A DNA stretch of 64,000 nt from Bdellovibrionales bacterium (GCA_041690295.1 JAWLHR010000001.1:192001-256000); one strand, 5' to 3'; positions 30,230-39,579 are shown, numbered from the stretch's first letter. Notes: generated by a model from the sequence alone, not told the origin. Made by a program: numbers and translations.

Positions 30230-31816
30230 GTGTCCTACGAAGTGATCGCCCGCCGATGGCGCCCACAAGATTTCACCGGCTTAATCGGCCAGGATCACAT
30301 TCGCACGACGTTGGTGAATGCCCTCAAAAATAATCGCCTACACCACGCCTTGCTCTTTACCGGACCGCGCGGAACCGGCAAAACTTCAACGGCCCGGATA
30401 TTGGCGAAAATTCTCCGCTGCCCGAACAAGAAAGACTACGTTCCCTGTAACACCTGTTCCGATTGCCTCGAGATCACCAGCGGCCGTTCGGTGGATGTGG
30501 TCGAGATCGATGGCGCTTCCAACAACGGCGTCGATGCGATCCGCGAACTGCGGGACACGGTCGGTTATCTGCCTTCCAGCGGCCAAATTAAAATGTACAT
30601 CATCGATGAAGTGCACATGCTCTCGACCAGCGCCTTCAATGCGCTCTTAAAGACGCTTGAAGAACCGCCGGCCCATGTCTACTTCGTCATGGCCACGACC
30701 GAAGTTCACAAAATCCCGGCCACGATTTTATCCCGCTGCCAGCGGTTTGATTTTCGCCGCATTCCCACTCGCGTGATCGCGCAACATCTGCAAACCATTT
30801 GCGAGCGTGACGGCGTGAAATTCGAACCGGACGCCCTTTGGACCATCGCCCGTCAAGGCGACGGTTCCATGCGGGATTCCCAATCACTGCTCGATCAAGT
30901 CATTAATTTCACCGCCGGTGATTTGCGGCGGGACCTCGTGATCTCCACTTTGGGGCTCACCGACCGCGGTCTGTTGCAGGAGATGCTGGCCGCCATCATG
31001 GCCGGTGACATCCAGAGTCTCGTTCCCAAACTCAAGGATCTGCACACGAGCGGCGGAGATCCCAAATTATTTTTGCTCGAAGTGATGGAGCAGATCCGCA
31101 ACGCTTTGGTCCTCAAGCTGCGTGAGGATCGCTCACTGGTTGATCTCCCCGACAGCGAAATCGAAGCCCTTGTCAAAATGGCGGCTCCGCTTTCGCAAGA
31201 GGATCTGCATTGGCTTTTCGATATGGCCCTTAAGGGCGCGCAAGATCTGGCCCGCGCCTCCGATCCGATTCTGGTGCTGGAAATGGTTCTTATGCGCATG
31301 ACGACCGCGCCAAGAGTGAGTTTCGCGACGAGAACCGCAGCGGCGGGCCACACGCCTTCACCGAAGATGCCGCAAAGGAAAAGCGCGACGCCCATTGAGA
31401 CCGCGCCGACACCCGGCACGCCCGCCCACCGCTTTAAGGAGCTGGTGGAAAAAATCAAAGAGGTGAACGGTCTGATCGGCGCGCAACTTGAAAACTGCTT
31501 CGTGGCCGGCTTTGAAAACAAAACCATCAATTTGGGCGTGGCCAGCAAACATAAATTTCTTTTTGAAAAACTGAATCAGCCGGAATTCAAAAAGAAAGTG
31601 CTCAACTACATGAACAGTTTCTGGGGACCGGGACACTCGTTGACGATCACCATGACCGATCCCGACAACGACAAGGCGGCGAGCCCGAAAGCGCTCGCGC
31701 AAAAAGCCGAAGAAGAAAAAAGAGAATCCACCCGACGACAAGTTGAATCGCATCCTCTGGTGCGAACCACGAAAAAAGTTTTTAAAACGGAAATCAAATC
31801 CATCACTGATCTTTAA
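30230..31816 (+). CDS. dnaX: DNA polymerase III subunit gamma/tau
   Basis: ARRWRPQDF, GPRGTGKTS, EIDGASNNGVD, IIDEVHML, SRCQ. GTG start chosen. Confidence 0.96.
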   Translation: MSYEVIARRWRPQDFTGLIGQDHIRTTLVNALKNNRLHHALLFTGPRGTGKTSTARILAKILRCPNKKDYVPCNTCSDCLEITSGRSVDVVEIDGASNNGVDAIRELRDTVGYLPSSGQIKMYIIDEVHMLSTSAFNALLKTLEEPPAHVYFVMATTEVHKIPATILSRCQRFDFRRIPTRVIAQHLQTICERDGVKFEPDALWTIARQGDGSMRDSQSLLDQVINFTAGDLRRDLVISTLGLTDRGLLQEMLAAIMAGDIQSLVPKLKDLHTSGGDPKLFLLEVMEQIRNALVLKLREDRSLVDLPDSEIEALVKMAAPLSQEDLHWLFDMALKGAQDLARASDPILVLEMVLMRMTTAPRVSFATRTAAAGHTPSPKMPQRKSATPIETAPTPGTPAHRFKELVEKIKEVNGLIGAQLENCFVAGFENKTINLGVASKHKFLFEKLNQPEFKKKVLNYMNSFWGPGHSLTITMTDPDNDKAASPKALAQKAEEEKRESTRRQVESHPLVRTTKKVFKTEIKSITDL

Positions 31817-31828
31817 GAGGAGTAGAAC

Positions 31829-32155
31829 ATGAAAGGATTCGGCGGCGGCGGAATGCAGGCACTGATGAGACAAGCCAACCAGATGCAGAACCGGATGAAA
31901 AAACTGCAGGAAGAGCTGGCGCAAAAGGAATTCGAAGGCACCTCGGGCGGTGGCGCGGTGAAAGTCACCATGATGGGCAACTACCAAGTGAAAAACGTGG
32001 AAATTCAGAAGGATGTTTTCGAGGCCGGTGACAAAGAAATGCTCCAGGACCTCGTGGCCACGGCCGTTAACGAGGCCTATCGGGTTGTGAAAACCACCGC
32101 CGATCAAGAAATGGCCAAGATCACCGGTGGCGTTTCCATTCCGGGAATGTTTTAA
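31829..32155 (+). CDS. ybaB: YbaB/EbfC nucleoid-associated protein
   Basis: MRQANQMQ, GTSGGGAVKV, EMLQDLV; lies between dnaX and recR. Confidence 0.93.
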   Translation: MKGFGGGGMQALMRQANQMQNRMKKLQEELAQKEFEGTSGGGAVKVTMMGNYQVKNVEIQKDVFEAGDKEMLQDLVATAVNEAYRVVKTTADQEMAKITGGVSIPGMF

Positions 32156-32164
32156 TCAGCACCG

Positions 32165-32782
32165 ATGCTGCAGAAGATCCCCTCCCTTAATCAGTTGGTC
32201 CACGAACTCAGCCGACTCCCTGGAGTCGGCCCGAAGACCGCTCAACGGCTGGCTTATCACATACTGCGCTCCCCGGCGGATTTCGTGCAAAGCCTGCGGG
32301 ACGCGCTGAAGGCGGTGAAGGAGCGCATTCACGAGTGTCCCATGTGCTACGCCTTCACTGAAGAAGACGACTATTGCCATTTCTGCAAAGATCCCATGCG
32401 ATCCAGCGAAGTGCTTTGTGTGGTCGAGGATCCAGCGGATATTGAGCGCATTGAGTCGTCAGGAGTCTTTCGCGGCCGCTATCATGTGCTCCATGGCGCC
32501 ATCTCGCCCTTGGATGGAGTGAGCCCCCAGGACCTTAAAATCCAAGCGCTTTTGGACCGGCTCACCGAAACCGACAACGGCGAAAGGCCAGTCAAAGAGG
32601 TAATTTTGGCCCTGGATGCCGATTTGGAGGGCGACACAACTGTTCTTTACTTGGCAAAGATCCTAAAAGACATGAATATCAAAACATCCCGTATTGCTCA
32701 TGGGGTTCCCATTGGTGGGGATATCGATTACATCGATCATCGGACCTTGGGCCGGGCTATTGAGAATCGAGTACAGGTTTAG
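32165..32782 (+). CDS. recR: Recombination mediator RecR
   Basis: LPGVGPKTAQRLA, C4 zinc finger, YHVLHGAISP, GVPIGGDIDY. Confidence 0.96.
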   Translation: MLQKIPSLNQLVHELSRLPGVGPKTAQRLAYHILRSPADFVQSLRDALKAVKERIHECPMCYAFTEEDDYCHFCKDPMRSSEVLCVVEDPADIERIESSGVFRGRYHVLHGAISPLDGVSPQDLKIQALLDRLTETDNGERPVKEVILALDADLEGDTTVLYLAKILKDMNIKTSRIAHGVPIGGDIDYIDHRTLGRAIENRVQV

Positions 32783-32784
32783 GG

Positions 32785-33375
32785 ATGTCGTTCATTAATT
32801 ATAACGCCAAAGAGATCCATTGTAAGATCGTGTACTATGGACCGTCGCTCGGCGGGAAAACCACCAACCTTCAGTGGGTTTATCACAAGACCGCTGGACC
32901 GGATAAATCCGAGCTTTTCAGCTTGCCCGGCGATGTTGAGCGCACGCTCTTTTTTGATTTTCTTCCTTTGAACTTAGGTGAGATCCGCGGCTTCAAAACG
33001 CGCTTTCACCTTTATACCGTTCCCGGCCAGGTGGTTTACGATGCTTCACGGAAACTCATCCTTAAGGGCTTGGACGGCGTGGTGTTCGTCGCCGACTCTC
33101 AGGCCGAACGCATGGAAGAAAATCTCCAAAGCATGGAGAACCTGAAAAAGAATCTGGAACAACAGGGTTACGACATCAACGAAGTCCCGCTGGTTTTGCA
33201 ATATAACAAGCGTGATTTACCGAACGCGCTTCCCGTCAGCGAACTGCGCACGGCTCTGAACAAGTATAATTCCGCCGACTTCGAAGGCACGGCCAGCGAA
33301 GGCAAGGGCGTGTTCGAGGCGCTGCGTACGGTTTCGAAAACAATCATCAATGTTTTAAAGGGCGGCGACCTCTAA
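32785..33375 (+). CDS. mglA: Ras-like small GTPase MglA
   Basis: MSFINY...KIVYYGPSLGGKTTNL, RTLFFDFLP, YTVPGQV, QYNKRD. Confidence 0.95.
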   Translation: MSFINYNAKEIHCKIVYYGPSLGGKTTNLQWVYHKTAGPDKSELFSLPGDVERTLFFDFLPLNLGEIRGFKTRFHLYTVPGQVVYDASRKLILKGLDGVVFVADSQAERMEENLQSMENLKKNLEQQGYDINEVPLVLQYNKRDLPNALPVSELRTALNKYNSADFEGTASEGKGVFEALRTVSKTIINVLKGGDL

Positions 33376-33474
33376 TCGTCCCAGAATCAGACACTAAGGC
33401 CGCTGTTTTCGCGTCTTTGGCTTTCTTTTCAATCTATGAGTCTTCAGTCGCCAGACCGGCGATAAGCTGAAATC

Positions 33475-34527
33475 ATGGAACGGAAAGATTTTAAAACGTT
33501 GGCGGCAATTGCAGTTCTCATCATCCTACCCGTTTGTTTGATGAGCTGCTCTCCAAAAACCCATTTCGGAAGTGAGGAGAAGTCTTCATCATCGAACAAC
33601 CCCGGTGGGCCCTCCTCGGGATTCCTTGGACAACCCGGCCCCGGGCCTTCTTGCATTGATCAACCGGGCATTGAAAAAACCGTCTTAGACAAAACCTACA
33701 CTGAGCGAATCAGATTATCTGAACCGAGCTCACCGGCGATCATCGACGCGCGCTCCGGTCTTTCGCTGACCAGCGGTGAGCGCGCGTTGGAGATTGGATC
33801 CAAGAAGCCGGTGAATAACATGTGCATCGTGGGCTGGACGGTGATCGGTCAGCAATCACGTACTCTCACCTGGCGACAGATGCACGATGATCTGGGTGGC
33901 AGCGCCCTTCGTGTTTATGGATCGAATTACGTGGTTGATGGTCTCCGGGCGGAAAACGTACAGGACGGATTCGATCCCAGAGAAGGCGACGGTTTTGAAC
34001 TTCGCAATGTTTGGATGCAATACATTCGGGATGACTGCATTGAGAATGACGAATTCGGCGAGCTGACTGTGAGGGATAGCTTGTTCGACGGATGTTACAC
34101 CTTCCTCAGCGAACAAGAGTCGGGTTCGGTTGACGGGGAATCACTCATCCTGGAGAACATTCTCGTGCGCTTGCAACCCATGCCGGCTCCCCACGGCGAG
34201 GATGATCCCTCGATTCTCGGACACGGCAGCTTCTTCAAAAAATTCGATAAGGGTGGGCGCCATCAGCCGATCATTCGCAACTCCATCTTTTTCCTCGAAA
34301 AGGAATGTCACAGCGGCTGCAAGGACTGGCCGCCCGGCACTCAAGCCACCAACGTGACGTTGGTCTGGACAGGAACCGGGAATTTCCCGATGAGCATTTT
34401 ACCGGGCATGACGCTAACGAAAGATCGCAGTGTATGGGACAATGCGGTACAGCGCTGGAAAGCTCGGCACGGCTGCACCACAATGGACAAACCCTGTACA
34501 AAGTTGCACAACCCAGACCCGCTCTAA
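33475..34527 (+). CDS. Putative lipoprotein with a predicted right-handed beta-helix domain
   Basis: Hydrophobic leader ending LMSC, Ser/Pro/Gly linker, repeated strand patterns (VVDGLRAENVQDGF, LRNVWMQYIRDDCIEND, VRDSLFDGC). Confidence 0.65.
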   Translation: MERKDFKTLAAIAVLIILPVCLMSCSPKTHFGSEEKSSSSNNPGGPSSGFLGQPGPGPSCIDQPGIEKTVLDKTYTERIRLSEPSSPAIIDARSGLSLTSGERALEIGSKKPVNNMCIVGWTVIGQQSRTLTWRQMHDDLGGSALRVYGSNYVVDGLRAENVQDGFDPREGDGFELRNVWMQYIRDDCIENDEFGELTVRDSLFDGCYTFLSEQESGSVDGESLILENILVRLQPMPAPHGEDDPSILGHGSFFKKFDKGGRHQPIIRNSIFFLEKECHSGCKDWPPGTQATNVTLVWTGTGNFPMSILPGMTLTKDRSVWDNAVQRWKARHGCTTMDKPCTKLHNPDPL

Positions 34528-34584
34528 AAAGTAGGCCGTTCCTTTTCAGGATGCGTGGCATCCTGAAAAGGAACGGCCTACTTT
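34528..34584. repeat. Perfect 27-bp inverted repeat with 3-nt loop
   Basis: AAAGTAGGCCGTTCCTTTTCAGGATGC-GTG-GCATCCTGAAAAGGAACGGCCTACTTT. Confidence 0.95.
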
Positions 34585-34620
34585 CCGCCGCCGGGCAAGC
34601 TTGATACCATTTCTACATAT

Positions 34621-35460
34621 ATGCCGAAGCTGAAGGTCTCATCGACGCAGTTCGATTTGCGCCCGTTGAAAGAGCCCGATGAATTCTGGCAGCGCGTGGA
34701 GTCACTGATCCGTAAAGCCGGCGACCAAGACTCCCAATTAATTCTTTTCCCCGAATACTTCGTGTTGTCCTGGTTGCTTTCGCTGACGAATCAGAATTTC
34801 CAGGCGGCACTGGAGAAGTTCGATGATGTAAGACCTGAGTTTCACGATCGCTTTACATCGTACGCCCAGCAGTTCCAAACCATCATCGTCGCGGGCTCCG
34901 TCCCCTTCCCATTGCGCAGCCGGCGCGTGAACCGCTCGTTTACTTATTTGCCGGACGGCCGTCGCTTTGAGCAGGACAAACAGAATATGACCCGCCTGGA
35001 AGACGAACAGTGGCTCATCCACGGCGGTCACCACAATATCCGCTTTTGGGAATGGAAGAGCGCGGGACTTGGCGTGGCCATTTGTTACGATATCGAGTTC
35101 CCCGCCTACACCCGGGAACTGACCAAAAAAGACGTGGATGTAATCCTCGTGCCTTCCTGCACGACCGATATCCATGGCTATTGGCGCGTTCGTCATTGCG
35201 CTCAGGCACGGGCCGTTGAGAGCCAAACCTATGTTGTTGTCAGCTCGTTGGTCGGCGGTCACCCGAATATTCCCGGCCTACAGTCACTTTACGGACGTGC
35301 CGGATTCTATACACCTTGTGACACAGATTTCCCCGAAGAGGGCGTCCTGGGGCTGGGCAACCTGAATCAGGAAGACGTGCACACCCATTTATTGGACGTC
35401 GCCCTTTTAAATAAAGTCAGGGAGCAGGGAACGGTTCTTAATCGTCGCGACAATTTTTGA
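34621..35460 (+). CDS. Carbon-nitrogen hydrolase (nitrilase superfamily)
   Basis: Catalytic triad in LFPEY, QDK, ICYDIEFP; ARAVESQ. Confidence 0.9.
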   Translation: MPKLKVSSTQFDLRPLKEPDEFWQRVESLIRKAGDQDSQLILFPEYFVLSWLLSLTNQNFQAALEKFDDVRPEFHDRFTSYAQQFQTIIVAGSVPFPLRSRRVNRSFTYLPDGRRFEQDKQNMTRLEDEQWLIHGGHHNIRFWEWKSAGLGVAICYDIEFPAYTRELTKKDVDVILVPSCTTDIHGYWRVRHCAQARAVESQTYVVVSSLVGGHPNIPGLQSLYGRAGFYTPCDTDFPEEGVLGLGNLNQEDVHTHLLDVALLNKVREQGTVLNRRDNF

Positions 35461-35484
35461 TTTCCGTGATAGCTTCCCAGACCC

Positions 35485-36444
35485 ATGGAAACCACGCGCG
35501 AGCGTATTCTTAAACTAAAGAAGGAGCGAAACGCCGTAATCCTGGCCCACTATTATGAGGACGGGGCCATTCAGGATTTGGCCGATCACGTGGGTGATTC
35601 CCTGGCGCTCGCCCAATGGGGCGAAACTATTGAAGCTCCGGTTGTGCTCATGGCGGGCGTGGTCTTCATGGCGGAAAGCGTGAAAATGCTTTCACCATCA
35701 AAAACCGTCCTGATTCCCGATCGCGACGCCGGATGCTCTTTGGTGGACCACTCTCCTTATGAGAAATATCTGGCATGGCGGCGGGAACATGAAGACGCCA
35801 TCTGCGTGACCTACGTGAACAGCAGCGCCGAAGTGAAAGCCATCTCCGATGTCTGCGTCACCTCAAGCAATGCGGAAAAAATCATCGCCGCGATTCCGAG
35901 CGACCGACGGATTCTTTTTGGTCCGGATCGCAATCTCGGTCGTTACCTCAGCCGCAAACTGAACCGCGAGATGATCCTTTGGCCGGGTGTCTGCCAGGTG
36001 CACGTTCTCTTCTCCGAGCGTAAACTTTTTGAGTTGAAATCGGAACATCCGGACGCCATCGTTCTCGCCCACCCGGAATGCGACGAACCCGTTTTGGAAT
36101 ACGCCGACGTCATTGGTTCGACTTCACGATTATTGGCGGAAGTGACGAACAATCCCAATCGAAAATTCATTGTCGCCACTGAACCCGGAATCTTTCATCA
36201 AATGCGAAAAGCGCGTCCCGACGCCGAGTTGATTCAAGCGCCCGCGCAAGGAAGCTGCGCCTGCAATGAGTGCCCTTACATGAAGCTGAACACTCTCGAT
36301 AAAGTCGAAAAGGCACTGATCACACTTGAGCCCCGAATCGAATTGGAGCCTGACTTGATCGAACGCGCCCGGCGGAGCCTGACCCGAATGCTCGCTATCA
36401 CACGCGGAGAATCCGTCACATGGCCGGCCCGATTCACGATTTGA
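35485..36444 (+). CDS. nadA: Quinolinate synthase
   Basis: ILAHYY, GDSL, AGCSL, YVNSSAEVKA, CQVH, AHPEC, CPYMK. Confidence 0.96.
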   Translation: METTRERILKLKKERNAVILAHYYEDGAIQDLADHVGDSLALAQWGETIEAPVVLMAGVVFMAESVKMLSPSKTVLIPDRDAGCSLVDHSPYEKYLAWRREHEDAICVTYVNSSAEVKAISDVCVTSSNAEKIIAAIPSDRRILFGPDRNLGRYLSRKLNREMILWPGVCQVHVLFSERKLFELKSEHPDAIVLAHPECDEPVLEYADVIGSTSRLLAEVTNNPNRKFIVATEPGIFHQMRKARPDAELIQAPAQGSCACNECPYMKLNTLDKVEKALITLEPRIELEPDLIERARRSLTRMLAITRGESVTWPARFTI

Positions 36445-36962
36445 TGGCCCAATGGCCCGATTTGCGGGGACAAATCGATCCCTCCTTCGGCGCTAACGCC
36501 AACAATGAACATCGCCATAAAATCCGCGAATCCATCGCCCGGAATCTGAATCTCCCGATAGCCGAGATCTCCGATCTCAGTCGGCCGCCCGAAACCGCCT
36601 CCTGGTCCATCAGCATCAGCCATTGCCCCAACCTCGGCGGTTGGGTCGCCATTCCCCGCCCGGCGACGGTTGGATTGGATATTGAAGAGAAAGACCGGCT
36701 TCGTCCGGAGGTGATTCGCCGGGTGAGTTCGGAGAATGAATTAAAGGAGGCGCCCCACCCGGCCTACCTTTGGTGCGCGAAGGAGTCTCATTTTAAGGCG
36801 GTACATGCGAACAAGAATCTTACAATCGGGGCCATTCAAATCTCCGAATGGCGCCCCCAATCACATGGATTTCATTTTTCTGGTGAAAGTCGTTCGAGCC
36901 GCTCAAACGGCTTTTTAACGGAGTACAACGGCTTCATCATCGCCGTGACCGTTTCAAATTGA
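36444..36962 (+). CDS. 4'-phosphopantetheinyl transferase (Sfp/EntD-like)
   Basis: SISISH, VGLDIE, WCAKES; TGATG overlap with nadA. Confidence 0.82.
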   Translation: MAQWPDLRGQIDPSFGANANNEHRHKIRESIARNLNLPIAEISDLSRPPETASWSISISHCPNLGGWVAIPRPATVGLDIEEKDRLRPEVIRRVSSENELKEAPHPAYLWCAKESHFKAVHANKNLTIGAIQISEWRPQSHGFHFSGESRSSRSNGFLTEYNGFIIAVTVSN

Positions 36963-37004
36963 GAACCACGGGCCTTCAACGCCCGACGGATTCCGCCTTT
37001 TACT

Positions 37005-37031
37005 TAAACTTTGGTCCAGTCTCACCGATGA
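37005..37031 (+). promoter_or_regulatory. Sigma-28-like promoter
   Basis: TAAA-N15-ACCGATGA upstream of the PilZ gene. Confidence 0.65.
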
Positions 37032-37061
37032 GTCATTAAAGACGCAGGAGAGGGAACAGAA

Positions 37062-37451
37062 ATGAGATCTGAACGAAGAGTTGCTGCACGAAAAGTGGTC
37101 GACACAATCCACGTGGCTGAGTTGACTTCACTCTCTAGTTACTCGGTCATCGCCCGTGAAGGTGTCATCGTGGATGCTTCACAATCAGGATTCCTGGTGA
37201 AAGTGGAGCGATCATCGCTGGTTCCCAAAGAGTATCGTGAAAACTTGAATATGATGAACTTGGTGGGACACCAAGTGGTCATGTACCTTCCCCAAATGAA
37301 TCTTGATTTGGATGGAACGATCACCCGCGCGGACCATGTCGGTAAAGGCCGGTTCGAGATCGCGGTCAAGTTTTCACCGGACGTTCCTGAATATTGGCGC
37401 GGATGTCTGGTTGATTTGCTGCCCGCTCCCGGCGAAATCACTGAAGACTAA
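37062..37451 (+). CDS. Stand-alone PilZ-domain protein
   Basis: RxxxR (RVAAR) and DxSxxG (DASQSG) c-di-GMP motifs. Confidence 0.8.
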   Translation: MRSERRVAARKVVDTIHVAELTSLSSYSVIAREGVIVDASQSGFLVKVERSSLVPKEYRENLNMMNLVGHQVVMYLPQMNLDLDGTITRADHVGKGRFEIAVKFSPDVPEYWRGCLVDLLPAPGEITED

Positions 37452-38083
37452 AGATTCACCCAGCCCCGTAAAGAACCTTCCGGCGCGAACGCCAGATTGT
37501 AATGCATTGGCACGAACCATGAGAGGATTTGCGCCAATGAACCCTGATCCTGCGGCGTCAAATCTCCAAGAGCCTGTTGATTGAAAACCAAATCCGTTTG
37601 CGTGTACGTCTTATCCGTTATGACCACGACTTGCGGATCATGAATTCCCTGAGCCGCTAAAAACTCGCGCAAGACCGAACGGACATAGGGCGGCAGATAA
37701 CTGTCCGACGGCGCGCCGATCATCGCCCCTTCCGGCACGATCAACTCCTCATCCGCACGGGCGGGAGTGGGTTGGGGATGTAAAAAGGAACCGGTTTCGG
37801 CGAAATTCCACAACATTCCATAGGTGAACACATAATCCGGAATCATCTTGTGCGCGTTCACAACCATGCCGATTCCCCGGCCGGCAAGCCACCGGGCCAC
37901 CTTTTCAACCGGCTCCTCGCCCTCGGTTTTCACCCGCAGGTAAGGAAGTCCGTCCGGACCATTGACCGGGCGGCCGTCATCCACGATGCCCACTTTTTCC
38001 TGGGCGAAGGTCTGGAGAAACCTTTTCTCCCAGGCTTCATCACGCTTGCTCTCGGGCAATTGAATCAATTGGCGGAAATCCAT
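37448..38083 (-). CDS. Hypothetical protein
   Basis: Long ORF filling the gap; GPDGLPYL, PDYVFTYGMLW, YLPPYVR. Start placed at ATG 38083. Confidence 0.7.
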   Translation of the reverse strand: MDFRQLIQLPESKRDEAWEKRFLQTFAQEKVGIVDDGRPVNGPDGLPYLRVKTEGEEPVEKVARWLAGRGIGMVVNAHKMIPDYVFTYGMLWNFAETGSFLHPQPTPARADEELIVPEGAMIGAPSDSYLPPYVRSVLREFLAAQGIHDPQVVVITDKTYTQTDLVFNQQALGDLTPQDQGSLAQILSWFVPMHYNLAFAPEGSLRGWVNL

Positions 38084-38167
38084 GACCAAGGTCCTACAGC
38101 CCCGACCGGAGGGAAGCAACAGAAACGTCTACATTATGCCGAAGAGACTCGGGGAATAGAGGGAACT

Positions 38168-38449
38168 ATGAAAAAGGTGAAATCGTTTTCCGATGCTTTG
38201 GCTGAACTTGAGCGCGCGGCCGACGAGGCCGGTCCCGAATTGCGCCGCCGGCTTGAAGAAGAGTTAAGTAAACTCAAACCCCATGTTGAAGAAATCAAAG
38301 CCAAATTGAACGAGGGACTCCACGAAGGAAAGGAGCGGCTGGAGCGTGAAGTTCAGAAGAATCCTCTGGCCGCCTTGGGTGTGGTGGCCATTTTCTTTTT
38401 CATCCTTGGACTGATTCTTTCTCCCCGCCGCTCAAGGAGATCCGATTGA
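38168..38449 (+). CDS. ElaB/YqjD (DUF883)-like protein
   Basis: Charged helical N-terminus, VQKNPLAALGV, C-terminal TM helix and basic tail. Confidence 0.7.
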   Translation: MKKVKSFSDALAELERAADEAGPELRRRLEEELSKLKPHVEEIKAKLNEGLHEGKERLEREVQKNPLAALGVVAIFFFILGLILSPRRSRRSD

Positions 38450-38799
38450 ACTGGTTGTTCCGCCTGCTCTGGGCTATTTGGGGCCAACATGTATTGATGC
38501 GCGAAATGAAGCGCAAAAGTCTCGCGGCTTATCTTCGGGCCGTGCGGGCGGCACGACTCAGTTTGATCGTGGTTTTATTGGCCGGACTCATATTGCAAGC
38601 CATGTTGCTGGCGGGATTTGGCGCGGTGGTGACCGGATTTCTCCTTTGGGATTATGAGTTCGCCGCCAAGATTGAAATCTTGTTCTGGATCTTTACCAGC
38701 ATGTTTTTAATTCCATTTGTCTTGCTTCTTATTCTTTTATCCGAACGGCTTTGGCTCAGACTATCGGGAGCCAAAAGAATGATGGAAAATCTGAAATAA
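38446..38799 (+). CDS. Two-TM membrane protein (YqjE-like position)
   Basis: Overlaps the upstream gene by 4 nt; two hydrophobic segments. Confidence 0.65.
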   Translation: MNWLFRLLWAIWGQHVLMREMKRKSLAAYLRAVRAARLSLIVVLLAGLILQAMLLAGFGAVVTGFLLWDYEFAAKIEILFWIFTSMFLIPFVLLLILLSERLWLRLSGAKRMMENLK

Positions 38800-38920
38800 A
38801 AAGGGCAGGCACGGGAATCATTCCCGTGCCTGTAGGAGACAGGCTACAGGGCCGCCTTCCGGCGACCCTGCAGTGGAGGGTAAAACAAAGAAGGACTCGC
38901 ACGATCTGTTTTACTCCACT
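38797..38920 (-). ncRNA. Candidate structured small RNA ending in an intrinsic terminator
   Basis: Three stems; mismatches become G-U pairs on the minus strand; GGAA tetraloop; final stem followed by CCCTTTTT. Confidence 0.5.
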
Positions 38921-39042
38921 TCAATGAATCTCTTCTGAAACCTAAATTAAAAGACATTAAGAGTTCGCTGCAGCTCATCATGACGGTGACAGGTTCCATA
39001 CCACCAATGGAAAATTATTAAATTCGTCAGATTGGGGGAGTT

Positions 39043-39579
39043 ATGAAGGTTTTATTCGTTGTGTGCGCATTTGTTTTCATGATGGGCGCGCAAACCGGAT
39101 GCGCGGGTGAAAATTCGCCGACGACGGTCACGACACCACCCGACTCGCCTCCCAAACCCATGCCGCCGCCCGACAATGAACCACCTCAAAAAGAGCCCAT
39201 TCCACCTCCGCCGGATAAGGCTTTCGATGTGAGTGATTTTCCCAACCGCCCCGGAACAATCTACGGCCGCTGGATGGATGATTATTCGGAATTCGATAAA
39301 GGCCTGGCCATCGTGACCGAGTTTTACTTCAATCGGAAAAACCAAATTGGAATTCGGCGGTTTTGCGCCGGTTCGGGACTGGCCGCCCACAGAGAAGTCA
39401 CGGTCTTGATTTCAGGCCGGGTCAAAAACAATCGGATCTACTTTAATGAAAGCGCCGAAGCCGTCCATCATGATTGCATCTTACAGGTGCCGATCGGTTC
39501 CTGGCCGTATCATATTCGTAAAAACAAACTCGAAGTCGAGTGGCAAAAGAAACAGTGGCGCGTTTATTCCCGCATATAA
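39043..39579 (+). CDS. Putative lipoprotein with Pro-rich linker
   Basis: GGGGAG SD, leader ending QTGC, Pro-rich tract. Confidence 0.7.
   Translation: MKVLFVVCAFVFMMGAQTGCAGENSPTTVTTPPDSPPKPMPPPDNEPPQKEPIPPPPDKAFDVSDFPNRPGTIYGRWMDDYSEFDKGLAIVTEFYFNRKNQIGIRRFCAGSGLAAHREVTVLISGRVKNNRIYFNESAEAVHHDCILQVPIGSWPYHIRKNKLEVEWQKKQWRVYSRI

Noticed and set aside
31714..31724. dnaX -1 frameshift at an AAAAAAG run
   Set aside because: The run is phased AA AAA AG, not A AAA AAG, and lies about 30 codons from the end.
33439..33465. Sigma-28 promoter before the beta-helix gene
   Set aside because: GGCGATAA lacks a properly spaced -35 element.
38797..38920. c-di-GMP-I riboswitch or 6S RNA
   Set aside because: No GEMM consensus, and not a single long hairpin with a central bubble.
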